The notes beneath the pieces were generated by a model. It worked only from the letters and a program-made list of their open reading frames with translations, ran no database searches and was not told the DNA's origin. From the NCBI GenBank assembly GCA_011049195.1, contig DSCG01000004.1, positions 1 to 47,943 of the forward strand: DNA of 47,943 bases, written 5' to 3'. Numbering within the stretch: the first letter of the stretch is position 1; every line of letters starts with the position of its first letter. The stretch is from an archaeon (GTDB lineage Archaea; SpSt-1190). Positions 36,860 to 45,895 of the stretch are shown one piece after another. The translations under genes were made by a program, and so were the position numbers.

Positions 36860-37336
36860 ATGGGAGACTTATTGGTAAACCGACTGAAGAACGGCATAGT
36901 GATTGACCATGTGGTTTCAGGAAAAGGTATTCACATAATCACTCTGCTGGCGGAAAAAACTGCAGGCCATCGGGTAATTCTGCTTCAGCATGCAGAAAGC
37001 CGGAAGATGGGGACCAAGGACCTTATCAAACTTGAAGATGTTAAACTGGAAGACACAGACCTGCAGTTCATCTCCCTCTTCGCCCCGAATGCAACTGTAA
37101 ATTTTATTGAAAATGAGGAAGTGGTCCGCAAACACTCGGTCAAAGCTCCGGAGATGGTAAGTGGTCTGATAAGATGTCCCAACGCGAGGTGCATCACCAA
37201 CGACCCCGGCGAGGCGGAGTTTCTGGTGAGCCGGCTAAAACGCGTCAAAACCGGCTATATTTGTGATTACTGCGAGCAGGTCTGGACAACGAAAACCTAT
37301 CCGGATGGCTGGTCCGCAAATAAAGTCGGTGTTTGA
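36860..37336 (+). CDS. pyrI: Aspartate carbamoyltransferase regulatory subunit
   Basis: GIVIDH, KDLIK.E, P.ATVN.I, CPN.RCIT...C.YC zinc site. Confidence 0.95.
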   Translation: MGDLLVNRLKNGIVIDHVVSGKGIHIITLLAEKTAGHRVILLQHAESRKMGTKDLIKLEDVKLEDTDLQFISLFAPNATVNFIENEEVVRKHSVKAPEMVSGLIRCPNARCITNDPGEAEFLVSRLKRVKTGYICDYCEQVWTTKTYPDGWSANKVGV

Positions 37337-37375
37337 AGACGGGGGAATAAATATTTAAACCACTACAGGGTAGTA

Positions 37376-38212
37376 ATGGGTATGGCATCTAACGCAGGCA
37401 TGGCATCTAACGCAACCATGCGACCCGTAAAGGGGGGCTGGGAGATTTATTTAGATACGGGCTTGAGCTTCAGTTTGAATGGAAAGGGGTTCAACTCCAT
37501 AGGAGAAGGGAAACATCCTGTTTTTGAGGTGGCAGAGGCATTCCAATACAAAAAGGGGGTGGAGGGAGCCGAGATGCCTGAAGGTTGGGAGTTCCGCTGG
37601 AACAAACTGGTTCCAACCAACCCTGAAAAAGAGGTGCCTGCCAACGCCGCAGTCAGATATGCTGGGATGGACCGCTATCAATTTCAAAAAAGGACTTTCA
37701 TTAACAAAGAGACCCCTAAAAATTTGGGTGAAATAGGGGAGGAACCCAAGAAGGAGTTGATAAAAACTCTCAATTCTTATGTTGATGCCAGAGCCACTGG
37801 AAAATCTTTCAAGAAAGCCTTTGAAAATAAAGAGACCAGTTATGTCAAATTGGCCCAAAAAATGGAAGGTATACTGGTTAAGTTCGGGGACCAGATTGTT
37901 GATGTTCTGCCTCTTGAGTCTCTGGTTAAGTATTCGGATGTTAAAGGTTTGAAAGGTACCTTTGAAAAGAAAGACCTTGAAAAAATTCACAAAGAGCATT
38001 ATGCAGAAGAAGCAAGTAAACAAGGGGGTATAGTCACCTACGTTTTCCCCCAGTTGGTTCAACTGAACGGAAAAATCCAATTACTGTCAGTAGATGAGCG
38101 GAAGTTCAGGAAAATTTATGGGGAAAAGGCTACCGAACTCCTGGATTACACGGCGGGTGGTGGAACGCTTTCTCACAACATCACCCTGGACACCAACGGC
38201 TCCATACGCTGA
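37376..38212 (+). CDS. Hypothetical Lys/Glu-rich protein (lower GC orphan)
   Basis: 278-aa ORF; TATA spacing favours ATG 37382; N-terminal MASNA duplicated. Confidence 0.75.
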   Translation: MGMASNAGMASNATMRPVKGGWEIYLDTGLSFSLNGKGFNSIGEGKHPVFEVAEAFQYKKGVEGAEMPEGWEFRWNKLVPTNPEKEVPANAAVRYAGMDRYQFQKRTFINKETPKNLGEIGEEPKKELIKTLNSYVDARATGKSFKKAFENKETSYVKLAQKMEGILVKFGDQIVDVLPLESLVKYSDVKGLKGTFEKKDLEKIHKEHYAEEASKQGGIVTYVFPQLVQLNGKIQLLSVDERKFRKIYGEKATELLDYTAGGGTLSHNITLDTNGSIR

Positions 38213-38241
38213 AGTTTTAAAGTCACAGTCGGAAACCAAAG

Positions 38242-38856
38242 GTGCTTGAGTCGCGGATAAAGCAATTGTTGGAGAATAAAGAGCTGGTTCCGCAGATTGA
38301 AGCCCGCATGGCCGAGTTCTCCCGCGGGAGGGACTGGCAGGAGCTTTTCAGTGAATTATGTTTCTGCATCCTGACGGCCAATTACACGGCTGAAGGGGGT
38401 ATGCGGATACAGCAGAAGCTGGGGTTTAATGGTTTTTACAAAGGGGGCTACGATGAGCTGGCACAAAAGTTAGCGGCCAACGGCCACAGGTTCCCGAATG
38501 CCCGGGCGGACTACATTATTGACGCCCGGAAAGTGGCCAAGGACCTACCGAGAGTTTATGATTTCAAAGGCAAGGACGCAAGAATATGGTTACAGGGGGT
38601 CAAGGGTCTGGGTATGAAGGAGGCCAGCCACTTCCTGAGAAACATAGGCTTTACAGATGTTGCCATATTGGACAGGCACATTCTGGGCCTGCTGGCGGAG
38701 CACGACCTCATTCTGAAGATGCCCAAAAATATGAGCAGACCGCAGTATCTAGAAACCGAGAAGGTGATGGAGGGCCTGTCAGACAGGACGGGACTGGACC
38801 TAGCCCGATTGGATCTGTATATGTGGTATCTGAAAACTGGCAAGCTACTTAAATGA
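38242..38856 (+). CDS. ogg: 8-oxoguanine DNA glycosylase/AP lyase
   Basis: ELCFCILTAN, HRFPNARA, VKGLGMKEASHFLRNIG, AILDRH, LDLYMWY..TG..LK. Confidence 0.96.
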   Translation: MLESRIKQLLENKELVPQIEARMAEFSRGRDWQELFSELCFCILTANYTAEGGMRIQQKLGFNGFYKGGYDELAQKLAANGHRFPNARADYIIDARKVAKDLPRVYDFKGKDARIWLQGVKGLGMKEASHFLRNIGFTDVAILDRHILGLLAEHDLILKMPKNMSRPQYLETEKVMEGLSDRTGLDLARLDLYMWYLKTGKLLK

Positions 38857-39458
38857 AGTTTGGTGGAATTGACATGGTCAATGACAAGCCAACGCTCAAC
38901 TTCTTTTTTGAGATGGCCATGCTCAAAAGAATTAAACATGAAGGTTGGAGAGTTGTGGGGGTTGAAACCCCGGACAGTGTTGCAGAACACGCCCTGCGCG
39001 CCGCTCAGATAGCTTATTTTCTGGCTTGCGAGGAGGGGCACCCGGAACCGGAAAAGGCCAGTCTGATGCTGGTCTTCCACGATATGGCCGAGGCCAGAGT
39101 GGGGGATATGCATAAGATTGCCAAACGGTATGTCATGGCTGATGAACTGGCCGCTGTGCGGGACCAGACCGACCCGTTGGGGGAACCCGGACGGCGAATC
39201 CGCAAGTTGTGGGAGGAGTTTGAGGCCCGGGAGACTTCTCTGGCCAAAATAGCCAAGGACGCCGATTTGCTGGAACAGGCCCTGGCCGCCAAGGAATATA
39301 TGGAAAGAGGCTACAAATTCGCAGATGATTTTATCAACAATATCAAGAAGATACTTAACACCAAGACTGCCCTGCGGTGGATGAAGCAAATCACCAGGAT
39401 GAACTCCAACGACTGGTGGCAGGGGCTCAAGAAACTGGAACCCCAAAAAAGAAAGTGA
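38853..39458 (+). CDS. HD-domain 5'-deoxynucleotidase-like hydrolase
   Basis: LKRI...GW, SVAEH, FHDMAEAR.GD, KDADLLE. Confidence 0.92.
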   Translation: MKFGGIDMVNDKPTLNFFFEMAMLKRIKHEGWRVVGVETPDSVAEHALRAAQIAYFLACEEGHPEPEKASLMLVFHDMAEARVGDMHKIAKRYVMADELAAVRDQTDPLGEPGRRIRKLWEEFEARETSLAKIAKDADLLEQALAAKEYMERGYKFADDFINNIKKILNTKTALRWMKQITRMNSNDWWQGLKKLEPQKRK

Positions 39459-39703
39459 AATTGCATTCACTTTGTTTTGTGTTTGTGGCCAGAGAATTTG
39501 ATGGCATCCCAAATGAAACCGAAGAGGCCAGACCTTTCTGGGTTCATAAGGACGCGGTGCCGTTGGACAGGATGTGGCCTGATGATGAGTTCTGGCTCCA
39601 TCATGTGCTGAATGGCAAGAAGATATACGGACGGTTTGATTTCAGGGAGTGGAAGCTGGTAAAACACAAGGTCCGGCTGTTGGAGGACCTTGACGGGGTT
39701 TAA
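39455..39703 (+). pseudogene. MutT/NUDT1-type 8-oxo-dGTPase lacking the Nudix box (apparent internal deletion)
   Basis: 82 aa from GTG 39455 (GTGA overlap): N-terminal MKLHSLCFV joined directly to C-terminal FVAREFDG.P.ETEE..P.W......P.D.MWPDD..WL; no GX5EX7REUXEEXGU. Confidence 0.72.
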
Positions 39704-41442
39704 GCCTCGTAAAACTGGTTTTTGGCCCGGAGCTCCTTGTCTTTATTGGAGTCCTGCTTGTTGATGCGGGGCCGGCGACTCTCAGGATCGCGACGGAGGG
39801 TGATGTCCACCTCCTTCAGGAATAGGTTCATGGCTTTGGAGGAGGGCAGAGGTGAGGATGCATGACCTTCTTTGCCGGGCTGACCTGTGAACACCATGAT
39901 ACGGTCACTGAGGTAGTCCATAAGCATGAGGTCGTGCTCCACTACCAGAGCAACCTTCTCGCGGGCCTGGGTGAGGCGACGGATGAGCTTGGCCGTATTC
40001 ACTCTTTGTTCACTGTCCAAATAGGCCGACGGCTCATCCAACAGATAGAGGTCGGCCTCCTGGGCCAGACACAAACCGATGGCCACCCGTTGTAGCTCGC
40101 CCCCGCTGAGGGCTGAGGCCGAGCGGGTAAGCAGGTGTGAAAGACTCAGGGGGGTGTATATGTCGCGGTTGAGGTTAATGGCAGGGTCCACCGGGATAGA
40201 CTTGAAGAGCACAGCCACAGGAGCCCCTGACGGTTCCACGTATTGAGGTTTGTAGCTGACTTTCAGGTTGGCGGTGGCTCCGTCAAACTGGCCGGTGGTT
40301 GGTTTGAGCTGGCCTGCCAGCACTTTGACCAGAGTGGTCTTGCCCAGAGCGTTACGACCCAGAATACCCACCACTTCACTTTGCTTCAGGTCGCCGGCGG
40401 GGGAATGGAGGACGAAATCCCCCAAATCCACTGTGAAGTCCGGGAAGCTGACTATGCTCCGGGAACCGGTCTCGCTGGAAGGTTTTGACAGGAATTTCAG
40501 GGGGCTGTCCCGCACCCTCATATTCTCAGCCTTTAGGAAGCCGTCCAGAAATTCGTTGATGCCGACCCGGGTGTTTTTTCTGAGGGAGACCACGCCAAAA
40601 ACCCCCGGCCGGCCGTAGAGCACATTCACTGTTTCGGCCAAATAGTCCAGCATGATGAGGTCGTGTTCAATCACGAAGACCCGCGGGGCGTATTTGTGAA
40701 TGATGTCGGCAACGCGGATGCGTTCATAAACATCCAGGAAGGAGCCGGGTTCGTCAATGATGACCAGGTCGGCCTTCCGCAGGAGGGCGGCGGCGATTGC
40801 CACCTTCTGCAGTTCGCCCCCGCTCAAGTCCTTGAGTGAACGGGAAAGGATGTGGGAGATGCCCAGGTCATGGGCCACCTCGTCGGCCTTACCCCGCTCA
40901 TCAACCTTGGCCAGCATGTCCCTGACGGTGCCGGTGAAAAGCTTGGGAATGACAGTGACCTCCTGAGGCTTAAAGGCCACCCGGAGTTTGCCGTCGTAGA
41001 GGTCCTTGAAGTGGGTGCCCAGCTCGGTACCGGCATAGACCTCAAGGACTTTTTTGCGGGCCCCCTCGGGAGTATCCGCCCCAAAGTTGGGGACGAGCTG
41101 GCCGGCAAAGATGCGGGCCAGAGTGGATTTGCCCGTGCCGTTGGGACCGAGGAGCCCAACCGACCCTGAAGGGGAGGGAAGGCCGAAGAGAGAGAAACCG
41201 TTGTGACCGTAGCGGTGGGTCATGGCCCCCGTCTCTTCAGGCAGGTTGACCACGCTGATGGCTCCGAAGGGACACTTATGGACGCAAATGCCGCAGCCGA
41301 TGCAGAGGTCCTCCTGGATGGAGGCCTTCTCCCCGATGGTGATGATGGTCTGGCCACCGCGGGCCACCGGGCAGAACTTGAGGCACTCCGAGGCACATTT
41401 TTTGGGAACGCACTTGCTCTTGTCAATCACCACTATTCTCAT
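39700..41442 (-). CDS. rli: Ribosome recycling ATPase ABCE1/Rli1
   Basis: Two Fe-S cysteine clusters (CVPKKC...C...CP; CIGCGICVHKCP), twin ABC domains with LSGGELQ, RPRINK..S.KD; start ATG 41442. Confidence 0.96.
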   Translation of the reverse strand: MRIVVIDKSKCVPKKCASECLKFCPVARGGQTIITIGEKASIQEDLCIGCGICVHKCPFGAISVVNLPEETGAMTHRYGHNGFSLFGLPSPSGSVGLLGPNGTGKSTLARIFAGQLVPNFGADTPEGARKKVLEVYAGTELGTHFKDLYDGKLRVAFKPQEVTVIPKLFTGTVRDMLAKVDERGKADEVAHDLGISHILSRSLKDLSGGELQKVAIAAALLRKADLVIIDEPGSFLDVYERIRVADIIHKYAPRVFVIEHDLIMLDYLAETVNVLYGRPGVFGVVSLRKNTRVGINEFLDGFLKAENMRVRDSPLKFLSKPSSETGSRSIVSFPDFTVDLGDFVLHSPAGDLKQSEVVGILGRNALGKTTLVKVLAGQLKPTTGQFDGATANLKVSYKPQYVEPSGAPVAVLFKSIPVDPAINLNRDIYTPLSLSHLLTRSASALSGGELQRVAIGLCLAQEADLYLLDEPSAYLDSEQRVNTAKLIRRLTQAREKVALVVEHDLMLMDYLSDRIMVFTGQPGKEGHASSPLPSSKAMNLFLKEVDITLRRDPESRRPRINKQDSNKDKELRAKNQFYEA

Positions 41443-41482
41443 GGAAAGGGATGGCTTTTCTGGTTTAAAACAGCTGAGGGTC

Positions 41483-41602
41483 AAGCCGACCTCGCGGGTC
41501 GGCTTCGGGGGGTCAAGGGGGGCGACTCGTCCCGAGTGCGAAGCACGAGGCTAGCTTGAGGGCCAGTCCCGAGTGCGAAGCACGAGGGATAAGCCCCCTT
41601 GA
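41483..41602. repeat. Composite REP-like palindromic element
   Basis: AAGCCGACC/GGTCGGCTT stem (41483-41505); outer TCAAGGGGG/CCCCCTTGA stem (41513-41602) enclosing two copies of GTCCCGAGTGCGAAGCACGAGG (41529-41550, 41566-41587). Confidence 0.8.
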
Positions 41603-41625
41603 GAGGTTAAATATGCCCCCGGCCT

Positions 41626-42459
41626 ATGTCTGGGGTGGCCCTCACCGAATGTGAAATTTACTTCAAAATCTCCGACTTCGGCAGGTTCCAGGAAAAACTG
41701 CAAAAGCTGGGCGGGGTGCTGAAGGGGCCCTATAAGGCTACGGATTTTTACTATCAGCCTGTCCGGGATTTCTGGAACCCCGAGGCCCGCACCATCCGCA
41801 TCCGGGAATGGGAAAAACCTCCCCTCCCGGCCACCATCTACATCACCCGCAACAAGGTGGTGGAATTCGGGAAACGCAAATACTGGGAGTTGACGCCACC
41901 TTACAGCAGGCTCAAACTTTTTGAGGGGGAATTGGAAACGGGAAAGGAGGTGCTCAAGGACCTGGGCTTTGAACCCTGGATAGTTGTGGAAATTCTGGAC
42001 GGTCGCCTGTGGCATTTTCCCCAAGAGGGCTGGCAGTTTTATCTGGCTCTGGAAAAATACCGCACCCTGGGCTGGGTGAGTCGTATGGGCTTCGTGGGAA
42101 CCTCCCCCAAAGGTGCCATCTCCAACATGAAAGAGGCTCTGAAAAAATTGAAAATACCTTCAGGTAATGCTCATATCAAAAGCCTGCCCGTGCTCATGGC
42201 CGAGAAGCAGGGGGGCATGAAACGGGCCAGTGAGAAAGTGGTGCTTCAGGCCAAAAAGGACCGGGCCACCGTTAATGCCAAAGTAAAGGCGGAGTTTGAA
42301 GTCCGGCTCAAAAGGTTCAAGAAGAAAGTGGAGAAGGAGTGGTTGAAACAGGAAAAGGAGCACCAGAAAGAGGAGAAGGCCCGCAAGAAAGCCCAAAGCA
42401 AACCCGCCAGAAAAGGCGGACGGACGCCTGCGAAGAAACCCAAACGGAAAAAGAAGTAG
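41626..42459 (+). CDS. CYTH-like (class IV adenylate cyclase/triphosphate tunnel) protein with Lys-rich tail
   Basis: ECEI.F, D.YY, IRIRE, L..LGF, LG.. pattern of CYTH; highly basic C-terminus; GTG 41635 is a possible start. Confidence 0.65.
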   Translation: MSGVALTECEIYFKISDFGRFQEKLQKLGGVLKGPYKATDFYYQPVRDFWNPEARTIRIREWEKPPLPATIYITRNKVVEFGKRKYWELTPPYSRLKLFEGELETGKEVLKDLGFEPWIVVEILDGRLWHFPQEGWQFYLALEKYRTLGWVSRMGFVGTSPKGAISNMKEALKKLKIPSGNAHIKSLPVLMAEKQGGMKRASEKVVLQAKKDRATVNAKVKAEFEVRLKRFKKKVEKEWLKQEKEHQKEEKARKKAQSKPARKGGRTPAKKPKRKKK

Positions 42460-42530
42460 GGGGAACCGGAGAGCCGGCCCCTGATGGAGTTGGCGACATA
42501 AACCATTTAAAGTGTGGGGCCAGAGCCCGT

Positions 42531-43409
42531 ATGCAGTATGAGTTTTTGACATACGCGCTGGAAGTGAACAAGGGCAATTTTGCAGTTAAGGCCCAAGGCA
42601 TAAACCTCCATCGGAAGATTATCAACCTTAATAACAAAACCCAGGGTGAAAAAATCAAACAAGCCTGTGAAAAATGGCACATGCCCGCATCCAAGAAAAA
42701 ACCACCCGAAGAAAGACTGTTGGCGGATGTCTGGGAAAATAATGGCAAGGCCATCCTTCATGGCGAGCTGAAGACAGGTTACGAATGTCTGCAGAGAAGA
42801 AGTTCAGAAGTCCGCTCACCCAAATGGCGCAAGCTGGAACAAAAATACCAGAAAGGCTGGGTTATCCGGACGGGTCACGATTTTGAGCTCCAGGTCGTTG
42901 GCATTATACCGGGCACAGCCATCGGCAACTTACGGGATTTGGCGAGTGTGCAAAAAGCTGACATGAAAGTTTACCCCGACAAATGTCTGGACATTATTGA
43001 GGGGTGCTATGAAAACTTTGAATGCCCCTCCCTGCCTGCGGAGGCCTATTACACGAGGGCTCATAAAATCTGTCATATCCTGGACTTGTTAGGCATGGAG
43101 GACGCCATGGAAGAAACGGCGCTGGGCTTTGTAAGAAGGTTTGAACCCAAAATCTACAAACTGGATTATAAGCGTATATCAGAAGTTACAGGGTGCGTGC
43201 TGGTGGGGAAATATAGTGAGAAAGGCCAGGGCACACGCAGGTTCAATGTGGCAACTGCCATCCGACAAAAGGGCGACGGCAAGCCGGAAGCTTGGTTTGA
43301 AACCTATTTGAGGAAGCAGATACGCATCAGATTCATGCCGGACGACACCTGCTGGACTTACTTCAAAGATGACGGAGAAAAGGAACTGGATGCCCTCATC
43401 ACTCAATAA
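42531..43409 (+). CDS. Hypothetical protein
   Basis: 292-aa ORF from ATG 42531, TTTAAA about 25 nt upstream. Confidence 0.72.
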   Translation: MQYEFLTYALEVNKGNFAVKAQGINLHRKIINLNNKTQGEKIKQACEKWHMPASKKKPPEERLLADVWENNGKAILHGELKTGYECLQRRSSEVRSPKWRKLEQKYQKGWVIRTGHDFELQVVGIIPGTAIGNLRDLASVQKADMKVYPDKCLDIIEGCYENFECPSLPAEAYYTRAHKICHILDLLGMEDAMEETALGFVRRFEPKIYKLDYKRISEVTGCVLVGKYSEKGQGTRRFNVATAIRQKGDGKPEAWFETYLRKQIRIRFMPDDTCWTYFKDDGEKELDALITQ

Positions 43410-43707
43410 TCTCAATCTCAATGTGGACGTTCTCGGGAACCTGAAGCCTCATAATCTGCCTCATGACCCTGTCGTCTAGACCGACATCCACCACACGCTT
43501 GTGGATGCGCTTCTCCCATCTTTCCCAGCGGTTGGTGCCCTCGCCGTCCGGGGACGTTAGGGTGGTGACCTTCAGTTTCTTGGTGGGCAGGGGGATGGGG
43601 CCTCCGACCTTGACGCCAGCCTTCTGGCCCAGTTTGCGGATTTCCCAGGCAATGCCCTCCACGACTTCGGGCTTGATGCCGCTGAGTTTGATGCGTGCTT
43701 TTCTCAT
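43399..43707 (-). CDS. rps10: 30S ribosomal protein S10 (uS10)
   Basis: ARIKL.G, GPIPLPT, SPDGEG...WE.RIHKR. Confidence 0.97.
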   Translation of the reverse strand: MRKARIKLSGIKPEVVEGIAWEIRKLGQKAGVKVGGPIPLPTKKLKVTTLTSPDGEGTNRWERWEKRIHKRVVDVGLDDRVMRQIMRLQVPENVHIEIEIIE

Positions 43708-43749
43708 GGACTCACTTCATGGAGGGTGTTCCGGGGTTTTAAAAGCTTG

Positions 43750-44223
43750 TTATTCCACATGAGGGTGCGTATGGGCTTCCGCATTCTCCGTGTCCTTCCT
43801 TATGCGTTGGGCCTCTTTTTCCAGCTTTTCCGGAATAGGGCGGCCCTGTTTTTTCAGGTAGTCGTAGATGGCCATCTTAAGGGCGTCAACGGCCAGCACG
43901 GAGCAATGGACTTTGACGGGGGGCAGGCCTCCCAGCTCCCGGACCACGTCCTGGTTGGTCATGGCCATGGCCTGCTCCAGGGTCTTGCCCTTGGCCAGCT
44001 CGGTGGCTATGGAGCTGGTAGCTATGGCCGCCACGCAGCCCAGAGTTTTGAATTTGACGTCGGCGATGACTTCCTTCCCGGCGGGGTTTTTGCCGACCCG
44101 GATAAAGAGGTGCATGACGTCGCCGCACACCACGTTGCCCACCTCGCCCACGCCGTCGGCATCGGGCATGTCCCCCATGTTGATGGGTTTCAGGAAATAG
44201 TCCATGACTTTCTGGTTATACAT
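43750..44223 (-). CDS. iscU: Fe-S cluster scaffold IscU/NifU
   Basis: VMD.F..P.N.G, CGD, FKTLGCVAAIA, LPPVKVHCS. Confidence 0.96.
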   Translation of the reverse strand: MYNQKVMDYFLKPINMGDMPDADGVGEVGNVVCGDVMHLFIRVGKNPAGKEVIADVKFKTLGCVAAIATSSIATELAKGKTLEQAMAMTNQDVVRELGGLPPVKVHCSVLAVDALKMAIYDYLKKQGRPIPEKLEKEAQRIRKDTENAEAHTHPHVE

Positions 44224-45387
44224 TCACTCCCTCCTCCAAGTTGCACTCATGCTTCTTAACTGTTTCACTTCGTCCTTGAGGACCTCCACCACATAGTCCA
44301 TCTGCTCCAGGGTGTTCTCCCAGCCAAGACTCATGCGGATGCTGGCGTGGGCCAGCTCGGGTTTCCGGCCTATGGCCATCATGGTGTGGCTGGCCTCCAG
44401 GGTGTTGGAGGAACAGGCCGAGCCCGTGGAGGCCGCGATGCCGTGGGCATCCAGACGGAGGAGGAGAGCTTCACCTTCCACTCCCGGAAAAGAAAAGTTG
44501 GTGTTGTTGACCAGCCGTTGGGTGGGGTGGCCGTTGAGGAGGGCTCCGGGGATTTCCGCCAGAACGCGTTTGATAAGATGGTCGCGGAGGGTCTGCATGT
44601 GTCTGTTCTTCTCCGGGGAGGCAAGGCTGACGGCCTTGCCGAAGCCCATAATTCCATGGACGTTGATGGTTCCGCTCCGGTGGCCGAATTCGTGACCCCC
44701 GCCGTGGAGGAGTGGGACCAGCTTGGTGCCTTGTTTGACTACCAGAGCCCCCACACCTTTGGGGCCATAGATTTTGTGGGAGTTGATGGTTATGAGGTCC
44801 AGGTTCAAATCCTTGAGGTTCAGGGGCTCTTTGGTGAAGCTCTGGCAGGCGTCGGTGTGGAAGAGGATGGCAGGGTTGGCGGTTTTTATGACCTGACCAA
44901 TTTCCTTGAGGGGTTGGACGGTGCCAATCTCGTTGTTGGCGTGCATGATGGTCACCAGAAAAGTTTCGGGGCGGATGGCAGATTTCAAGTCTTCGGGGTT
45001 CACCATGCCAAATTCATCAACATCCAGATAAGTTACAGCAAAACCGCGAGACTCCAGCCACTTGCAGGCGTTGAGGACGCAGTCGTGCTCAGTTTTCTGG
45101 GTGATTATGTGGCCCTTCAAGCCAGAAGCTTCTCTGGTGAAGGCGACGCCTTTGATGGCCCAGTTGTTGGCCTCGGTGCCACCGGAGGTAAAAATCACTT
45201 CCCGGCACATTATGTTTAGCTTGTCAGCTATCTGCTCCCGGGCCAGGTCGACAGCCTTCCTGGCCTCGCGGCCCCATTTGTGGAGGCTGGAGGCGTTGCC
45301 GAATTGCTCCGTGAAGTAGGGCTGCATGGCCACCAGAACCTCGGGATGGATGGGAGTGGTCGCGGCGTGGTCCAGATAAACTTCCAT
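44224..45387 (-). CDS. iscS: Cysteine desulfurase IscS/NifS
   Basis: YLDHAATT, GNASS.H, FTSGGTEANN, SHKIYGPKG, STGSACSS. Confidence 0.97.
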   Translation of the reverse strand: MEVYLDHAATTPIHPEVLVAMQPYFTEQFGNASSLHKWGREARKAVDLAREQIADKLNIMCREVIFTSGGTEANNWAIKGVAFTREASGLKGHIITQKTEHDCVLNACKWLESRGFAVTYLDVDEFGMVNPEDLKSAIRPETFLVTIMHANNEIGTVQPLKEIGQVIKTANPAILFHTDACQSFTKEPLNLKDLNLDLITINSHKIYGPKGVGALVVKQGTKLVPLLHGGGHEFGHRSGTINVHGIMGFGKAVSLASPEKNRHMQTLRDHLIKRVLAEIPGALLNGHPTQRLVNNTNFSFPGVEGEALLLRLDAHGIAASTGSACSSNTLEASHTMMAIGRKPELAHASIRMSLGWENTLEQMDYVVEVLKDEVKQLRSMSATWRRE

Positions 45388-45484
45388 AAACCCGAAGGGG
45401 GACGGAGTTTATAAAATTAACAGTGTTAAAGTTCAGTGGCACGCCCCCGGTAAAAACTTTAAGTCCCGAGCGAGGGAGCCCGGC

Positions 45485-45895
45485 GTGGAGCTGTATCTTG
45501 ACACTAATATTTACATGGCCTTTTCCAACATGGATGAAGAGTGGTACTGCCAAGCCCAGCAACTTTTGACCGACATAGTTTCCTGCAAACACTCCATACT
45601 CTTCTCTGATTTGGTTGAAAGAGAACTGGAGAAAAAATCCAGGGAGAAAAAAGTCAATTACCGTAAGCATCTGGACCAGTTGTCCAAAATCCCTAACAAA
45701 ACCAGAAAGCTGGAGATTAGAGAGAATACAAGGAAAATCGCGAAGGATATTCATATACATCACCCCGACTGTGTTCATTTGGCTATCTGCAAAGAAAACG
45801 GTGTGGTATTGGTGTGTTTTGATTATGATGCAGTTGAAGAGGCCAAAGAAAACGGCATCACCGCCCTGCATTTCACAGAGCTCTGGACCATTTAG
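45485..45895 (+). CDS. PIN domain protein (VapC-like toxin)
   Basis: LYLDTNIY, VERE, PDCVHLA, LVCFD acidic quartet; GTG start 27 nt after TTTAAG. Confidence 0.88.
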   Translation: MELYLDTNIYMAFSNMDEEWYCQAQQLLTDIVSCKHSILFSDLVERELEKKSREKKVNYRKHLDQLSKIPNKTRKLEIRENTRKIAKDIHIHHPDCVHLAICKENGVVLVCFDYDAVEEAKENGITALHFTELWTI

